Counted from the stretch's first letter, positions 50,976 to 61,802 are shown. The stretch: 64,000 nt of DNA from Deltaproteobacteria bacterium (GCA_034670305.1 JAXMNT010000031.1:1-64000); one strand, 5' to 3'. Notes: generated by a model from the sequence alone, not told the origin. Program-made: numbers and translations.

Positions 50976-52163
50976 ATGATCAAGCCACTCCAGGCCACAC
51001 TCACTGCGTTCGTGCTTCTCTGTCTGGCCGGCCCGGTCGGCGCCCAGGACGCGGTCTTCGACGATGGCTACCTCGCGATCCAGCTCGAGAACGAAGTCAA
51101 CGGGCGGGGTGGCACCGAACCGGCCGACGTGAACTACCACCCGGGCTTTCGGATGCGCTTCTTCGGGGCGGCGCAAGGAGACGCGGTCGTGGTGCGGTGG
51201 AAACAGGGCCGGCGAACCCTGGCCGAGATCCGTTGTCCCCTCGAGGCCCGCTACGACCACTTTCAGACGACCTTCAGCCAGCGCTGCTGGACTCAGGACG
51301 CTCCGGAGCTGACAGCCCACGGCGCAGTGCAGGTGGAGATCGATCTCGTCGACGACAGCGCCGATACCCAGCGCACCGTTCGCACGCTCGCTGTGACGGT
51401 GGGCCGCTACTGGCACTGGGACCGCCGCGTCGGCAACCGGGACGTGCACTCCCCGCGCTACCAGGTGCGCATGGACGACTCGATGGGACTGAGCACCATC
51501 CTGATGTCGCCGCCGGACTCCGGCGAGTCGTTCGGCAACGTCTACTTTCACTTCTGGGCCGCGCTCGCGGACGGCAACTCCAACTACCGGGACGCCTCGT
51601 GGCGTTGCTCTTTGAATGGGACCCGGGTTCCCGAACTCGATCGTGGCTCCGACGTCGTCGAGTCGACGGTCGATGTCAGCGTCGACAACGACCAGATGGT
51701 CGGGCGCGAGCGCACCACGACGCATTTCACGTACCGCCAGATGTGGGTCAAACCGCATATGCTGTGGGACCCGTCCGGCGGCCAGAGCGGTGCCGACGCG
51801 TGGCGCTACAACCTCAGCGCACACCCCGGCACCTACGAATGCCAGCTCCGCGACGCGGGGCGCATGGTCCGCACCTTCCGATTCACGGTCACCGCCGCGG
51901 GCACCGTCGACCCGCATCCGGTCGAGGCGGCCGCCGGCCTGACCTTCCGGCCCGGCGCGCACTTCGTGGAGACCGGGTTTCCGACCTCCAACCCGAGCGA
52001 GTTCGTCTTCAACCGCAACGCGATCCGCGCGGGCGTCGGGTTCGGGCGCTCATGGCCAGCGGTGCCGGCCATCCGAACCTGGCTCGATGGGCTGCCGCCC
52101 GCGTACGGATCGAGTGAACCGACCGCGCCCCGGGGGGCCGCGCGAGGACGTCGGCGACGGTAG
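50976..52163 (+). CDS. Secreted hypothetical protein
   Basis: Signal peptide ending VGA-Q, beta-rich, GC3-biased codons. Confidence 0.75.
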   Translation: MIKPLQATLTAFVLLCLAGPVGAQDAVFDDGYLAIQLENEVNGRGGTEPADVNYHPGFRMRFFGAAQGDAVVVRWKQGRRTLAEIRCPLEARYDHFQTTFSQRCWTQDAPELTAHGAVQVEIDLVDDSADTQRTVRTLAVTVGRYWHWDRRVGNRDVHSPRYQVRMDDSMGLSTILMSPPDSGESFGNVYFHFWAALADGNSNYRDASWRCSLNGTRVPELDRGSDVVESTVDVSVDNDQMVGRERTTTHFTYRQMWVKPHMLWDPSGGQSGADAWRYNLSAHPGTYECQLRDAGRMVRTFRFTVTAAGTVDPHPVEAAAGLTFRPGAHFVETGFPTSNPSEFVFNRNAIRAGVGFGRSWPAVPAIRTWLDGLPPAYGSSEPTAPRGAARGRRRR

Positions 52164-52181
52164 GCGCTCTGCAGACGCGCT

Positions 52182-53543
52182 CTAGCCGTTGAGCAAGAAC
52201 GCGATGCCGATGCCGAGCGCGACCAGCACGATGGCGCCGACGAGCAGCACCCACCAGGGGGGCCAACCGGTGTCCGCCTTCGGCGGCGTGAGCGCAGGGG
52301 GTGCGGCCAGACCGGCCAGTGGCGGCGGCGGGGGACCGGGCATCGCCGGCGGTCGATCGGCGGGACGGGTGGGCCGCCCGACTTTCGTCTCGACCGGTTC
52401 CATCTTCCGGGGGTCCGTTCCAAACGGACCGTAGGATCCGCTCTGGGGGAGCGATCCCGTCAGCGACTGGAACGAACCGGTCAGCTGGGAACTCTGCGGG
52501 GGGAGGGGTTCCCGATCTTCGGGTCCGAAGACGAGTCCCAGGTAGCGCGCGACCTCTTCGTCGGAGACCGGCCCGCCGGTCTTCGACAACCAGGTGTCGA
52601 GCGCGTCCCGCATGTGTCCGGCCTTCGGGAAGCGGTCGTCCGGGTGTTTCTGCAGCGCCCTCTGAACGATGGCGTCGAGCTCCGGTGCGAGGTGCGGAAG
52701 CACCGACCGGGCACTCGGCACGTCCTCTCGGACGATGGCCTCGAGCGTCGGCATCATGCCGCCGCGGTGGTAGAGCGGGGAACACGTGAGCGTTTCGTAG
52801 AGGCAGATGCCCAGCGTGAAGATGTCGCAGCGGGTGTCGAGCTGCTTGCCGCGCGCTTGCTCCGGCGCGAGGTAGGAGAACTTCCCTTTCACCACGCCTT
52901 CTTCGCTGCGCTGGTCGGTGCTGGTCCGGGCGATCCCGAAGTCGAGCAACTTCACCTTGCCCGTCCACGAGACCATGATGTTGTGAGGGCTCACGTCCCG
53001 GTGAATGATGCCGAGGGGGCGCCCGTTGACGCCCATCGCGTGGTGCACGTAGTCGAGCGCCGCGGCGACCCGCGCGATGATGTGCGCGCCGATGCGCGGG
53101 GGGAGTGGCCGGTCGGCACCGGCCCGCCGAAGCAGCTTTCGAAGGGCCACGCCGTAGACCCACTCGAGGGCCATGAACGTCGTGCCCTCGATCTCGCCAG
53201 CCTCGTACACGTGGCAGACGTTCGGGTGGTAGAGGCGGGTGGCGATGTCCGCTTCCTCCTGGAACATCCGGCCGAACTCGACGTCGTCCTCTCGTTCCGG
53301 GAGGATGCGTTTGAGCACGAGGTGCCGCGGCTGCCCGGTCGTACTCGGCTCTCGGCCCAGATACACCTCGGCCATGCCGCCCCGAGCCAGGCGTCCCAGA
53401 ATTTCGAATGGGCCGAATTGCGCGAGGGCAGGGTACGCGGGTACCTGCGGCGACTCGTCGAGCGACATGTCGACGACCGTTCCCTCCTCTTCATCGAACC
53501 CGGCGAAGAGGGACTCCAAATCCGGGACCGGCGGTTCGGCCAC
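52182..53543 (-). CDS. Serine/threonine protein kinase with a C-terminal membrane anchor
   Basis: LARGGMAEVY, LKR, HRDVSPHN, DFGIA, KGKFSYLAPEQ. Exact start uncertain. Confidence 0.92.
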   Translation of the reverse strand: MAEPPVPDLESLFAGFDEEEGTVVDMSLDESPQVPAYPALAQFGPFEILGRLARGGMAEVYLGREPSTTGQPRHLVLKRILPEREDDVEFGRMFQEEADIATRLYHPNVCHVYEAGEIEGTTFMALEWVYGVALRKLLRRAGADRPLPPRIGAHIIARVAAALDYVHHAMGVNGRPLGIIHRDVSPHNIMVSWTGKVKLLDFGIARTSTDQRSEEGVVKGKFSYLAPEQARGKQLDTRCDIFTLGICLYETLTCSPLYHRGGMMPTLEAIVREDVPSARSVLPHLAPELDAIVQRALQKHPDDRFPKAGHMRDALDTWLSKTGGPVSDEEVARYLGLVFGPEDREPLPPQSSQLTGSFQSLTGSLPQSGSYGPFGTDPRKMEPVETKVGRPTRPADRPPAMPGPPPPPLAGLAAPPALTPPKADTGWPPWWVLLVGAIVLVALGIGIAFLLNG

Positions 53544-53643
53544 ACGCAAGCATACCAGGATGGCGGCGAAGTGGCGTGTGATGTGTCTCGGTCCGGCGGA
53601 GACCCGAACCAAGGCCCGAGCCGTTCCGCGCTATCCTTGCCAG

Positions 53644-54357
53644 GTGTGTGGCCGGTTCAGTTTCGCGGTGGATCCGGAGGACGTCTTCTCCGACTTCGAC
53701 TGGCTCGATCGACCGCAGGAGCCGCTGTGGGCGGGCGAGAAACCCGGACCGCGCTTCAACGTGGCGCCCACCCAGCCCGCGGTGGTGTTGGGCCAGCGGG
53801 CGGGTGCGGCGCCCAAACCAGCCCGCTTCGACTGGGGATTCGTGCCCCGCTGGGCCAAAGACACCAAGGGTGCGGCGCGCCGCATCAACGCCCGCTCCGA
53901 GTCGATCTCACAGCGGCCGATGTTCGCCGATTCGTTCCGCGCCCGGCGGTGCCTGGTGCCCGTGACCGGCTGGTTCGAGTGGCGGGTTGGCGGCGCCGAT
54001 CGGCGTCCGGTGCATTTCCACCAGGAAGGTCGGTTGATGACATTGGCCGGAGTGTGGGACCGATGCGCGCTGCCCGGACGCGCGCCGATCTTCACCTTCG
54101 CCATCCTCACCCGTCCCTCGCTGGGGGCGGTGCGTGACGTACATCACCGCATGCCGGTCGTGGTGGGGGAAGCCGGCCGGGCAGCCTGGCTCGACCCCAC
54201 CCAAACGGTGGAGGTCGCCGCTGTGGAGCGCCTGGACGCGCCGCTCGTACCCACCACCGTCTCGACCCGTGTGAACTCGGTTCGCTACGACGACCCTCGA
54301 TGCCTCGAGCCGGATGCCGGCCACGGAGAAGACGCTCAGACGGATCTCTTCCGATGA
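53644..54357 (+). CDS. SOS response-associated peptidase (SRAP/YedK/HMCES family)
   Basis: GTG start gives M-CGRF. FNVAPT, WG.VP.W, INARSE, RCLVP..GWFEW, HHRMPV. Confidence 0.92.
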   Translation: MCGRFSFAVDPEDVFSDFDWLDRPQEPLWAGEKPGPRFNVAPTQPAVVLGQRAGAAPKPARFDWGFVPRWAKDTKGAARRINARSESISQRPMFADSFRARRCLVPVTGWFEWRVGGADRRPVHFHQEGRLMTLAGVWDRCALPGRAPIFTFAILTRPSLGAVRDVHHRMPVVVGEAGRAAWLDPTQTVEVAAVERLDAPLVPTTVSTRVNSVRYDDPRCLEPDAGHGEDAQTDLFR

Positions 54358-55775
54358 TCCGGATCGCCATGCGCATCGAAGGGTTGCTCGTCGGATGGAC
54401 CAGCGCGCTCGGGTCCGCTTGGGCCTACCTCCGCGACCTGCGCGCACTTCGCCCGGAGTGGTCGCTTGGGCTCGGAGAAGAGACGTATGCATCGACCCCG
54501 GTGCCGCTGTGGACGCACGCCGGGCCGCGGGTGGTGTCGTGCGACGGGGGTGTGCTGACGGTGGGGGCGATCGAAGCCGGACGCGCCGATCAAGAGGTGC
54601 GGATGACACGTCTCGTGGTCGCGGAATCGGTCCATGTGTTCGACGCGGTCACCGACGGACGGTTCCTCTGGATCGGTGCGGTCCGCGAGGGGGCGCTCTC
54701 AGCCTACCGCGTCCACGTCGAATCCTCGGCGGTCGCTGCGTTGGAGGTGGACGACCAAGCCGACGTCACCCAGCTCGCAGTCGCCGCGCTCGATGGTGGG
54801 GTGGCCTTGCTGCACGGCATGGTCGATGCGCGGCTGGGGGTGCTGTGTGTGGATCGCGACATGAATCTGGCGCGGAGCGTGCGGCACCCGCTCTCCGCGC
54901 CGCTTCGGCACCTCGCGGCGTTCGGCGCCCGGGACGTGGCGCTCGCGCTCCTCTGCGACCCGGGCCAGCTCGACATCGCGCTGCTCGGCATCGATGGCCG
55001 GCTGAAGGAGCGACCCCATCGCGCGATCGAAGGGGTGTTGGATCAACGCCCGGAGGTGGTCTGGATGGACGATGGGTTCGCGGTGTTCGGACAGACCGAG
55101 GCGGGGCTGGTGTGGAAACGGTTCGATCGTCCGAACACCGGAATCGTGGAAGGTGCGCGGGCGGGTGCGGCGGCTCACTTTCACGGGACCCTGGTCGGTG
55201 CCCAGATGCGTTCGGAGGGGATCGAAGATCGCCTCACGCTCTCGATGCAGGAGGTCAGTGGTCGAGGCGGGCAGGTGCACACCCTCGGGCTCGCGCCGGG
55301 CGAGTTCCGGGTGCGGCAGCGCCGGGAAGATGCCGCCGCCATCCTCGGGCGGCTCGTCGCGATGTTCGATCGGACCTCGTATCGAGAGACGGCATTGCAC
55401 GGCGTACAGACCGAACGGGACGAGGTGTCGATCGCACTGCCGCTCGAGGACGGAGACGCGCTGCTCGTGGTGGTCTGGGCGTGCGCCGAGTCCGTGGTCG
55501 TTCGAGTCTCGCGGGGCGTCGCGCCCCACGAAGGGATGAGTTTGTTGCGTCTTGCCCGCTGGGTGCGGGAGCGACGCGCCCGCAAAATCGAGGCGGCGGC
55601 GTCTCGAACTTGGGCGCAAGGCTGTCTTGAAGGCATCGACGGTGCCGAACTCTTGGGGGCAGAGCGCAGAGCGACGTTTCGCTGGCTCGAGTTTCGGGGC
55701 AAAGGGTGCCCCGCCGCCACGGCGCTCCGCGATCTGTTGCGCCGCTTCGACGCCGACAGCGACACCTCCGGATAG
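54354..55775 (+). CDS. Hypothetical protein
   Basis: ATGA overlap with the SRAP stop. Long ORF with coding-like bias and a beta-rich central part. Confidence 0.65.
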   Translation: MIRIAMRIEGLLVGWTSALGSAWAYLRDLRALRPEWSLGLGEETYASTPVPLWTHAGPRVVSCDGGVLTVGAIEAGRADQEVRMTRLVVAESVHVFDAVTDGRFLWIGAVREGALSAYRVHVESSAVAALEVDDQADVTQLAVAALDGGVALLHGMVDARLGVLCVDRDMNLARSVRHPLSAPLRHLAAFGARDVALALLCDPGQLDIALLGIDGRLKERPHRAIEGVLDQRPEVVWMDDGFAVFGQTEAGLVWKRFDRPNTGIVEGARAGAAAHFHGTLVGAQMRSEGIEDRLTLSMQEVSGRGGQVHTLGLAPGEFRVRQRREDAAAILGRLVAMFDRTSYRETALHGVQTERDEVSIALPLEDGDALLVVVWACAESVVVRVSRGVAPHEGMSLLRLARWVRERRARKIEAAASRTWAQGCLEGIDGAELLGAERRATFRWLEFRGKGCPAATALRDLLRRFDADSDTSG

Positions 55776-55799
55776 ATCCCTGCCAGTGCGATGCCCACG

Positions 55800-55871
55800 G
55801 CCAGCACTGCGATTCCCGAAGCCAGCACTGCGAGTCCCGAAGCCAGCACTGCGGTTCTCGAGGCCAACACT
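55800..55871. repeat. 21-bp degenerate tandem repeat x3.4 (GCCAGCACTGCG.TTCCCGAA) upstream of dapA
   Basis: Units start at 55800, 55821 and 55842, with a partial unit at 55863. Confidence 0.85.
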
Positions 55872-55935
55872 TCGGCCGTGCGGAAACGCGGCACGGCGAT
55901 TGATTTTGTGGGCGTCCTCCAACACTCTCGCCGCC

Positions 55936-56808
55936 ATGAGGTTCGAGGGCGCGTTCACCGCATTGGTCACACCATTTCGCGACGGATCGGTCGACGAGAA
56001 AGCGCTCGCAGCGCTGGTCGAAGCACAGATCGAGGGCGGCATCGACGGCCTGGTGCCGTGCGGCACGACGGGCGAGAGCGTCGCACTCGATGCCGACGAA
56101 CACGAGCGTGTGGTTGCGGTGGTGGCGGAAGCGGCGGCGGGCCGGGTGCCCGTGGTGGCCGGCGCGAGCACGAACTCGACGCGCAAGTCCATCGAGTTGG
56201 CTCGGCGTTCCAAGTCCGCCGGTGCGGACGGCCTGTTGCTCGTCTGCCCCTACTACAACAAGCCGACGCAGGCGGGTCTCGAGGCCCACGTGCGCGCGAT
56301 CTTGGACGCGGTGCCACTGCCGGCGATGCTGTACAACATCCCCGGCCGCAGCGCCGTCGACATGGAGGTCGACACGATCGCCCGCCTCGCCCAGCACGAG
56401 CTGGTGGTGGCCCTGAAGGAGGCCACGGGGAACATCCTCAAGGCCCAGGATGTCGTGGCGGCATGCGGAGACCGACTCACGGTGCTGAGCGGTGACGACG
56501 CCTTGACCGTGGGTATGGCGGCGGTGGGTGGCCGAGGGGTGGTGAGCGTGCTCTCGAACCTCTGCCCCGGACCCGTCTCCGAGGTCGCCGCGGCGTGCCT
56601 CGATGGCGACTTCGCGCGAGCGCGTGCGCGCCACCAGAAATTGCTCCCCGTGATCCGAGCCGTGTTCGTAGAGACGAACCCAGGGCCGATCAAAGCGGTC
56701 CTCGCCGCGCGCGGACGGATGGGACCCGAGATGCGGCTGCCGATGGTTCCGCCGAGCGCGGAGGTGCTGGCCGGCGTGCTCGCCACCATCGAGGCGCAGG
56801 GCTTGTGA
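55936..56808 (+). CDS. dapA: 4-hydroxy-tetrahydrodipicolinate synthase
   Basis: TALVTPF, CGTTGES, PYYNKP, LYNIPGRS, LKEATG, LSGDD, ETNP.PIK. Confidence 0.96.
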   Translation: MRFEGAFTALVTPFRDGSVDEKALAALVEAQIEGGIDGLVPCGTTGESVALDADEHERVVAVVAEAAAGRVPVVAGASTNSTRKSIELARRSKSAGADGLLLVCPYYNKPTQAGLEAHVRAILDAVPLPAMLYNIPGRSAVDMEVDTIARLAQHELVVALKEATGNILKAQDVVAACGDRLTVLSGDDALTVGMAAVGGRGVVSVLSNLCPGPVSEVAAACLDGDFARARARHQKLLPVIRAVFVETNPGPIKAVLAARGRMGPEMRLPMVPPSAEVLAGVLATIEAQGL

Positions 56809-57602
56809 CTGCGGCGACGGAGGCCGCGGTGAAGCTGGGTGTTCTTGGGGCGGCCGGCCGGATGGGCCGGGCGGTGGTCCAGGCGGCCACGGAAGCGGGC
56901 CACCCCATCGTCGCTGCGGTCGACCATGGGGACGCGCTGGGTCGGGATGTCGGCCAGTGGGCCGGGCTCGATCCGATCGGCGTACCGATCGTGGAAGACC
57001 TCGAGGCGCTCGCCGCTGCGGATGTGGTGGTCGATTTCAGCTTGCCGGGTGTCGCAAAGAAACTCTTCGAGCGGGCCGCTGGATGGAAGACCGCGGTGGT
57101 GACCGGTACGACCGGGTTCGACTCCACCGAGGCGCACGATCGCCTGGCGGAGAAAGTGGCGCTGGTGGCGGCCGCGAACTTCAGCCAGGGCGTGACCCTG
57201 CTGGTGCACCTGTGCGCGATGGTCACCGACAAGATGGGGCCCTCCTTCGATCCAGAAATCGTCGAGCTGCACCACCGCCGGAAGGTCGACGCGCCCAGCG
57301 GGACCGCGCTCGCGATGGCGGAAGCGGTCCGGTCGGTCCGCGAGGCCCGCCCGCTCCATGGGCGCAGCGGTGTGGTGGGCGCACGAACCGACGACGAGAT
57401 CGGGGTGCTGGCGGTCCGCGGCGGGGACGTCGTCGGGGAGCACACCCTGTACCTCCTGGGGGAGGGCGAACGGCTGGAGCTCACCCACCGCGCGACCGAC
57501 CGGATGATCTTCGCGCGCGGCGCGGTCCGGGCGGCGGCCTGGGTCTTGGGGCGTCCCCCAGGCAACTATGGGATGGTCGACGTGATGGGGCTGAACCTCT
57601 GA
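56805..57602 (+). CDS. dapB: 4-hydroxy-tetrahydrodipicolinate reductase
   Basis: GAAGRMG, VDFS, GTTG, ELHHRRKVDAPSGTA, RGGDVVGEH. GTGA overlap with dapA. Confidence 0.96.
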   Translation: MTAATEAAVKLGVLGAAGRMGRAVVQAATEAGHPIVAAVDHGDALGRDVGQWAGLDPIGVPIVEDLEALAAADVVVDFSLPGVAKKLFERAAGWKTAVVTGTTGFDSTEAHDRLAEKVALVAAANFSQGVTLLVHLCAMVTDKMGPSFDPEIVELHHRRKVDAPSGTALAMAEAVRSVREARPLHGRSGVVGARTDDEIGVLAVRGGDVVGEHTLYLLGEGERLELTHRATDRMIFARGAVRAAAWVLGRPPGNYGMVDVMGLNL

Positions 57603-57616
57603 TAGACTCGACCGCC

Positions 57617-59767
57617 ATGGGCGAAGCCTGTCCGCAGTGCCAGACGCCGTTCGCCCCGGGCACCAAGTTTTGCGGGCAATGCGGGTACGACCTCGTTTCG
57701 CGGCCCCCGGTTGCGCCCGCCGCGGCGCCTGGGCCGAAGCGCACGATGATGGGCATGGCAGAAGTGCACGCGCCCGCGTCGCCGCCGGGGCGAGAGTTCG
57801 CCAAGACGATGATGGACCCGTCGCCGGCCGGCATGGCGGTGCCGCCGGCGGCCGCACCGGCGCCCGCGAAGAAGGCCCCGCAGCGGACCATGATGGGCAT
57901 GGCGGCGGTCCAAGTGCCGCCAGGGCATCCAGCCGCGTCGGCACCCGTCGCGCCCACCACCCCCGCGGCGCCGGCTGCTCCGATCGCGCCGGCTGCGCCG
58001 GTGGCTGCCCCCGCCGCCCAGCCTGGGTCGGGCAAGAAACCTCCGATGCGCACCATGCTCGGGATGCCGGCGGTGATGCCCGGTGCCCCCGCCCCGCCCG
58101 CCGACCCGGCCGCGGCGTCACCGCCGCAGCCCTCGCCGCAGGCTTCGCCCCAGGCTGCGTTGCCGCCGAGCCCGGCCGCACCAGGGGCGGGGTTTCAGCC
58201 AGCGCCCGCCCACCATCAGACCGGTGTCGTGCACCCGCAGGGTGGGCACCTGCTCTCCGCCCAGGCCGAGGTGAGCCCAGAAGAATCGCCGCCTGCCGCC
58301 GCGCCGGCGCAGCCCCGCGTGGTGAAGCCCTCGAACCGAACCATGCTGGGCGTGCCCATTGCGGCCTCCGCCCCGGCGGCCGCAGCGGCACCCGCACCGA
58401 CGGGCAAGCCGCCCGTCAAGAGCAACCGCACCATGCTCGGTGTGGCCGCTCCGGTCGGGCCTGCGGGCCAACCGCTGCCGCCGCGCTCCCACGACGGGCC
58501 TGGCGCACCCCAAGACGGGACGCCGGTCGCTGCCTCCATGGGCGCGTGGGGCGACGAAGACGAGGTTCCGGTCCGCAAGAAGGGCAAAGGCGGTCTGGTC
58601 GCGATCGTCGTTCTGTTGATCCTCGCGGCGAGCGGTGCCGGCGTCGGCGTCTGGATGTTCCTGAAGAACGCCACCCCGGACATTCAAGTGAGCGTGGTCC
58701 AAACCGATGCCGGGGAAGCATTGCAGATCGATGTGCCCGGCGCGGCCGACGGCACCGTCGTGCGCTTCAACGCGCGGGAGATGCCGCTCGAGACCGGCCG
58801 GGCCCAGTTCACGCTCGCTGCGAATGATCTTCGCATCGGGGACAACGAAGTGAATGTGGAGATCGTAGGCCCCGACGGTTCGACCGACCAAGCCAGCGTG
58901 GTGCTCTCGGTGAGCTACCGCGTTCGGGCAGACCTCAGCGCGCTCGAGGCCGAGCCACCCAAACTTCGCATCGTCGTCGACGTGCTCCCGCAATCCGCCG
59001 TCACCTTGAACGAAGTTGCAGTGCCGCTCGATTCCACCGGCCACGGGTTCGTCGACCACGACCTCGACTCGCCCGCCGACGCCGCCCAGTACGAGCGCAC
59101 GTTTCACTACCGCGTCGTGCCCCCAGGCGGGACCCCGGCCGAAGGCGATGTCGCGGTGCGCATCCCGTTTGCGACGTTGCAGGTCGATCGCCCGGGCGCG
59201 ACGACCGTGACGGAGAGCGCCCGCGTCGAAGTCGCGGGGTCGAGTCATCCGGAAGCCAAGGTCACGCTCGATGGCACCGAACTGTTGTTGACGGCCGAAG
59301 GCCGATTCGTCACCACCATCGAGATCCCAGAAGTCGGCGAGACCGAACACACGCTCGTCGCACGGCAGCCAGGGAGGGCACCCCGCGCGCGGACCTTCTC
59401 GATCCGGCGGGTGGCCGACCTGGCGGCGGAAGCCCGCGCGTACACCGTCGATGCGTCGCTCACCTACACGCGCATCGCGGGCAACCCGGACACGTACCGC
59501 GGTCAGCGCGCGGCCTTCGAAGGGCGCGTCTACAACGTCGATGTGCACGATGGACAGAGCGATCTGCAGATCGTGTTGCGCGAGTGCCCAGGCAGCGGGC
59601 GCTGTCCGCTCTGGGTCACGTTCGAAGGCGCCACCGAGGCGGGGCTGAACGACTGGGTGCGGGTCGTGGGCGAGCTCGGCGGGCATCAGCAGTTCCGGGC
59701 CCCCTCCGGCGAAGTGATGTCGGTGCCCAAACTCGACGCCGTCTTCGTCGTGCCGGCGGGGGAGTAG
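57617..59767 (+). CDS. Zinc-ribbon, Pro-rich single-pass membrane protein with extracytoplasmic Ig-like and OB-fold-like domains
   Basis: MGEACPQCQ..FCGQCG, six TM(M/L) motifs in a Pro/Ala linker, TM helix, beta-rich C-terminus (NPDTYRGQRAAFEGRV). Confidence 0.8.
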   Translation: MGEACPQCQTPFAPGTKFCGQCGYDLVSRPPVAPAAAPGPKRTMMGMAEVHAPASPPGREFAKTMMDPSPAGMAVPPAAAPAPAKKAPQRTMMGMAAVQVPPGHPAASAPVAPTTPAAPAAPIAPAAPVAAPAAQPGSGKKPPMRTMLGMPAVMPGAPAPPADPAAASPPQPSPQASPQAALPPSPAAPGAGFQPAPAHHQTGVVHPQGGHLLSAQAEVSPEESPPAAAPAQPRVVKPSNRTMLGVPIAASAPAAAAAPAPTGKPPVKSNRTMLGVAAPVGPAGQPLPPRSHDGPGAPQDGTPVAASMGAWGDEDEVPVRKKGKGGLVAIVVLLILAASGAGVGVWMFLKNATPDIQVSVVQTDAGEALQIDVPGAADGTVVRFNAREMPLETGRAQFTLAANDLRIGDNEVNVEIVGPDGSTDQASVVLSVSYRVRADLSALEAEPPKLRIVVDVLPQSAVTLNEVAVPLDSTGHGFVDHDLDSPADAAQYERTFHYRVVPPGGTPAEGDVAVRIPFATLQVDRPGATTVTESARVEVAGSSHPEAKVTLDGTELLLTAEGRFVTTIEIPEVGETEHTLVARQPGRAPRARTFSIRRVADLAAEARAYTVDASLTYTRIAGNPDTYRGQRAAFEGRVYNVDVHDGQSDLQIVLRECPGSGRCPLWVTFEGATEAGLNDWVRVVGELGGHQQFRAPSGEVMSVPKLDAVFVVPAGE

Positions 59768-61795
59768 GTGGGGACCAGCTCGAACGAGACCGCGGACACG
59801 ATGGATCTCGGGCCCTGCAGTGAGTGCGGACGGAAGAACCCGTTCGACGCGCGCTTCTGCGGCGGGTGCGGGTTTCAGTTCCAGGGCGGCGACGACGACG
59901 GTCCAGAAGAAAACGTCGCCGACCCGCTCATCGGCCGGGTGATCGCGGACCGGTACCGCATCATCGAGCTGCTCGGACGCGGCGGCATGGGCGTGGTCTA
60001 CAAGGTCGAGCACATCCACATCGGCAAGTTCATGGCGATGAAGCTCCTCCACGGAGAGCTCGCCCGCGACCGCAACACCGTGAAACGTTTTCAGCGGGAG
60101 GCCGAAGCCATCTCGCGTCTGAGCCACCCCAACAGCGTGCAGGTGTTCGACTTCGGGCGCAGCGAGGGGCTCATGTACCTGGTGATGGAGTACCTGGAAG
60201 GGCGGGACCTCGGACAGGTCATTCGCGACGAAGGCCACCTCGACTTTCAGCGCGTGGCGCGGCTCGCGTCGCAGGTGTGCGCGTCGGTCGCCCAGGCGCA
60301 CGCCGAGGGGGTCGTGCACCGGGATCTGAAACCCGAGAACGTGATGATCCTTCCGGCCCGCCAAGGCTCGAACGAGATCGCGAAGGTGCTGGACTTCGGA
60401 CTCGCGAAGCTTCGCGATCAGATGGGCAACGTGACGGTCACCCGCGCAGGCCACATCGTCGGCACGCCGTACTACATGGCGCCCGAGCAGATCAAAGGCG
60501 AGGACGTCGACGCGCGCGGCGACGTGTATGCGATCGGCGCGATGATCTACAAGGCGTGCACGGGGGTGCCGCCGTTCGTTGCCAACACTCCGATGGGCGT
60601 GTTGACCAAACACCTCACCGAAGAGCTCGTGCCGCCTTCGTCGCGCAGTGGTTTTCATCTGCCGCCAGACGCAGACCGCATCGTCGGCCGCGCCATGCAG
60701 AAGGAGCGTGAAGACCGCTACCAGGACGCAGAGTCGCTTCGACAGGATCTGCTCCTCTACCTCCAGTCGGTCGGCGAGGCCCTCAGCGAGCCGACGATGT
60801 CGGGCATCAAGGTGGGCCGCGCGCAGCCCGAGGGCGTGGCCACCCGAGGCGACGTCGAGAAGTACGAACGCCGACTTCGCCGCCGCGGCGCAGCCCTCTA
60901 CGTGCTGCTCGTGGCGCTGTTGGCGGGCGCGGGATTCGGCGGGTGGAAGCTCTGGCAGCGCTACGAACAAAAGGTCGAAACGCTGACGGCGGAACTCGAA
61001 CCGAACAACACGCCCGAGACTGCCAACCCACTGCCGGCCGACACCGAGGTCACCGCGCTCCTCGGCAAGCGACAGGACCGCGAGTTCGGTGACATCGATC
61101 TCTACGCGCTCGAGGGGTACGTGCCCGACCCGGCTGGCCGTGTGCTGCGAGTCGACGTGAGCGCGTTGCCGAACATCGACGTGATGGTCGACGTGATCCG
61201 CGTGGGCCAACAGAACCCCGTGCTGAGCGCGGACTCGGTTGGCGCGGGCAGCGACGAGCGCATCCCCAACTTCCCTCTTGGGGACCACAGCTACATGATC
61301 CGGGTGCACGAGCGCTGGATCACCGGCCGGCTGCCCACGGAGAACGTGTCCGATCACTACACCGTTCAGTGGTCGTACGGACCGGCCGAAGCAGGCTTCG
61401 AGATCGAGGTCAACGACTCGCTCGAACTGGCGACCCCGATCAGTTCTCCGGGATCGATCCAGGGTTTCCTCGGGTGGGCGGGCGACGTGGACACCTTCTG
61501 CGTGCGCGACGACGAAGCGAACGCCGGCACCGCCGACATCGCGGTGAGCGGGCTCGCCGGCGTGGATGTGGTGTTGCGCGTCGTCGACCGAACCCTCCAG
61601 CGAAGTCGGAAGGTGGACGAACAGTCGGTCGGCGCTGGTGAAGCGATGGCGGGTCAGACCATCCAACCTGGCCGGACGTGCGTGGAGCTGTCCCTCAACG
61701 ATCCGCGGGACGCGGTGCGGCGCGCCCAACCGAACGAACCCTACACACTGACCTTCTCCCCCGCGGCGGCTGTGCCCGAGCCGGTCGAGCCCTGA
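59768..61795 (+). CDS. Ser/Thr protein kinase with an N-terminal zinc ribbon, TM helix and C-terminal PPC-like repeats
   Basis: CSECG..FCGGCG, LGRGGMGVVY, HRDLKPEN, DFGLAK, GTPYYMAPEQ, then ELEPNNT / EIEVNDS modules. Start may be ATG 59801. Confidence 0.92.
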   Translation: MGTSSNETADTMDLGPCSECGRKNPFDARFCGGCGFQFQGGDDDGPEENVADPLIGRVIADRYRIIELLGRGGMGVVYKVEHIHIGKFMAMKLLHGELARDRNTVKRFQREAEAISRLSHPNSVQVFDFGRSEGLMYLVMEYLEGRDLGQVIRDEGHLDFQRVARLASQVCASVAQAHAEGVVHRDLKPENVMILPARQGSNEIAKVLDFGLAKLRDQMGNVTVTRAGHIVGTPYYMAPEQIKGEDVDARGDVYAIGAMIYKACTGVPPFVANTPMGVLTKHLTEELVPPSSRSGFHLPPDADRIVGRAMQKEREDRYQDAESLRQDLLLYLQSVGEALSEPTMSGIKVGRAQPEGVATRGDVEKYERRLRRRGAALYVLLVALLAGAGFGGWKLWQRYEQKVETLTAELEPNNTPETANPLPADTEVTALLGKRQDREFGDIDLYALEGYVPDPAGRVLRVDVSALPNIDVMVDVIRVGQQNPVLSADSVGAGSDERIPNFPLGDHSYMIRVHERWITGRLPTENVSDHYTVQWSYGPAEAGFEIEVNDSLELATPISSPGSIQGFLGWAGDVDTFCVRDDEANAGTADIAVSGLAGVDVVLRVVDRTLQRSRKVDEQSVGAGEAMAGQTIQPGRTCVELSLNDPRDAVRRAQPNEPYTLTFSPAAAVPEPVEP

Positions 61796-61802
61796 GCAGA
61801 GC

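Noticed and set aside
53239-53643. N-terminal extension of the SRAP ORF
   Set aside because: SRAP proteins need Cys at position 2. GTG 53644 gives this, and the extension overlaps the divergent kinase.
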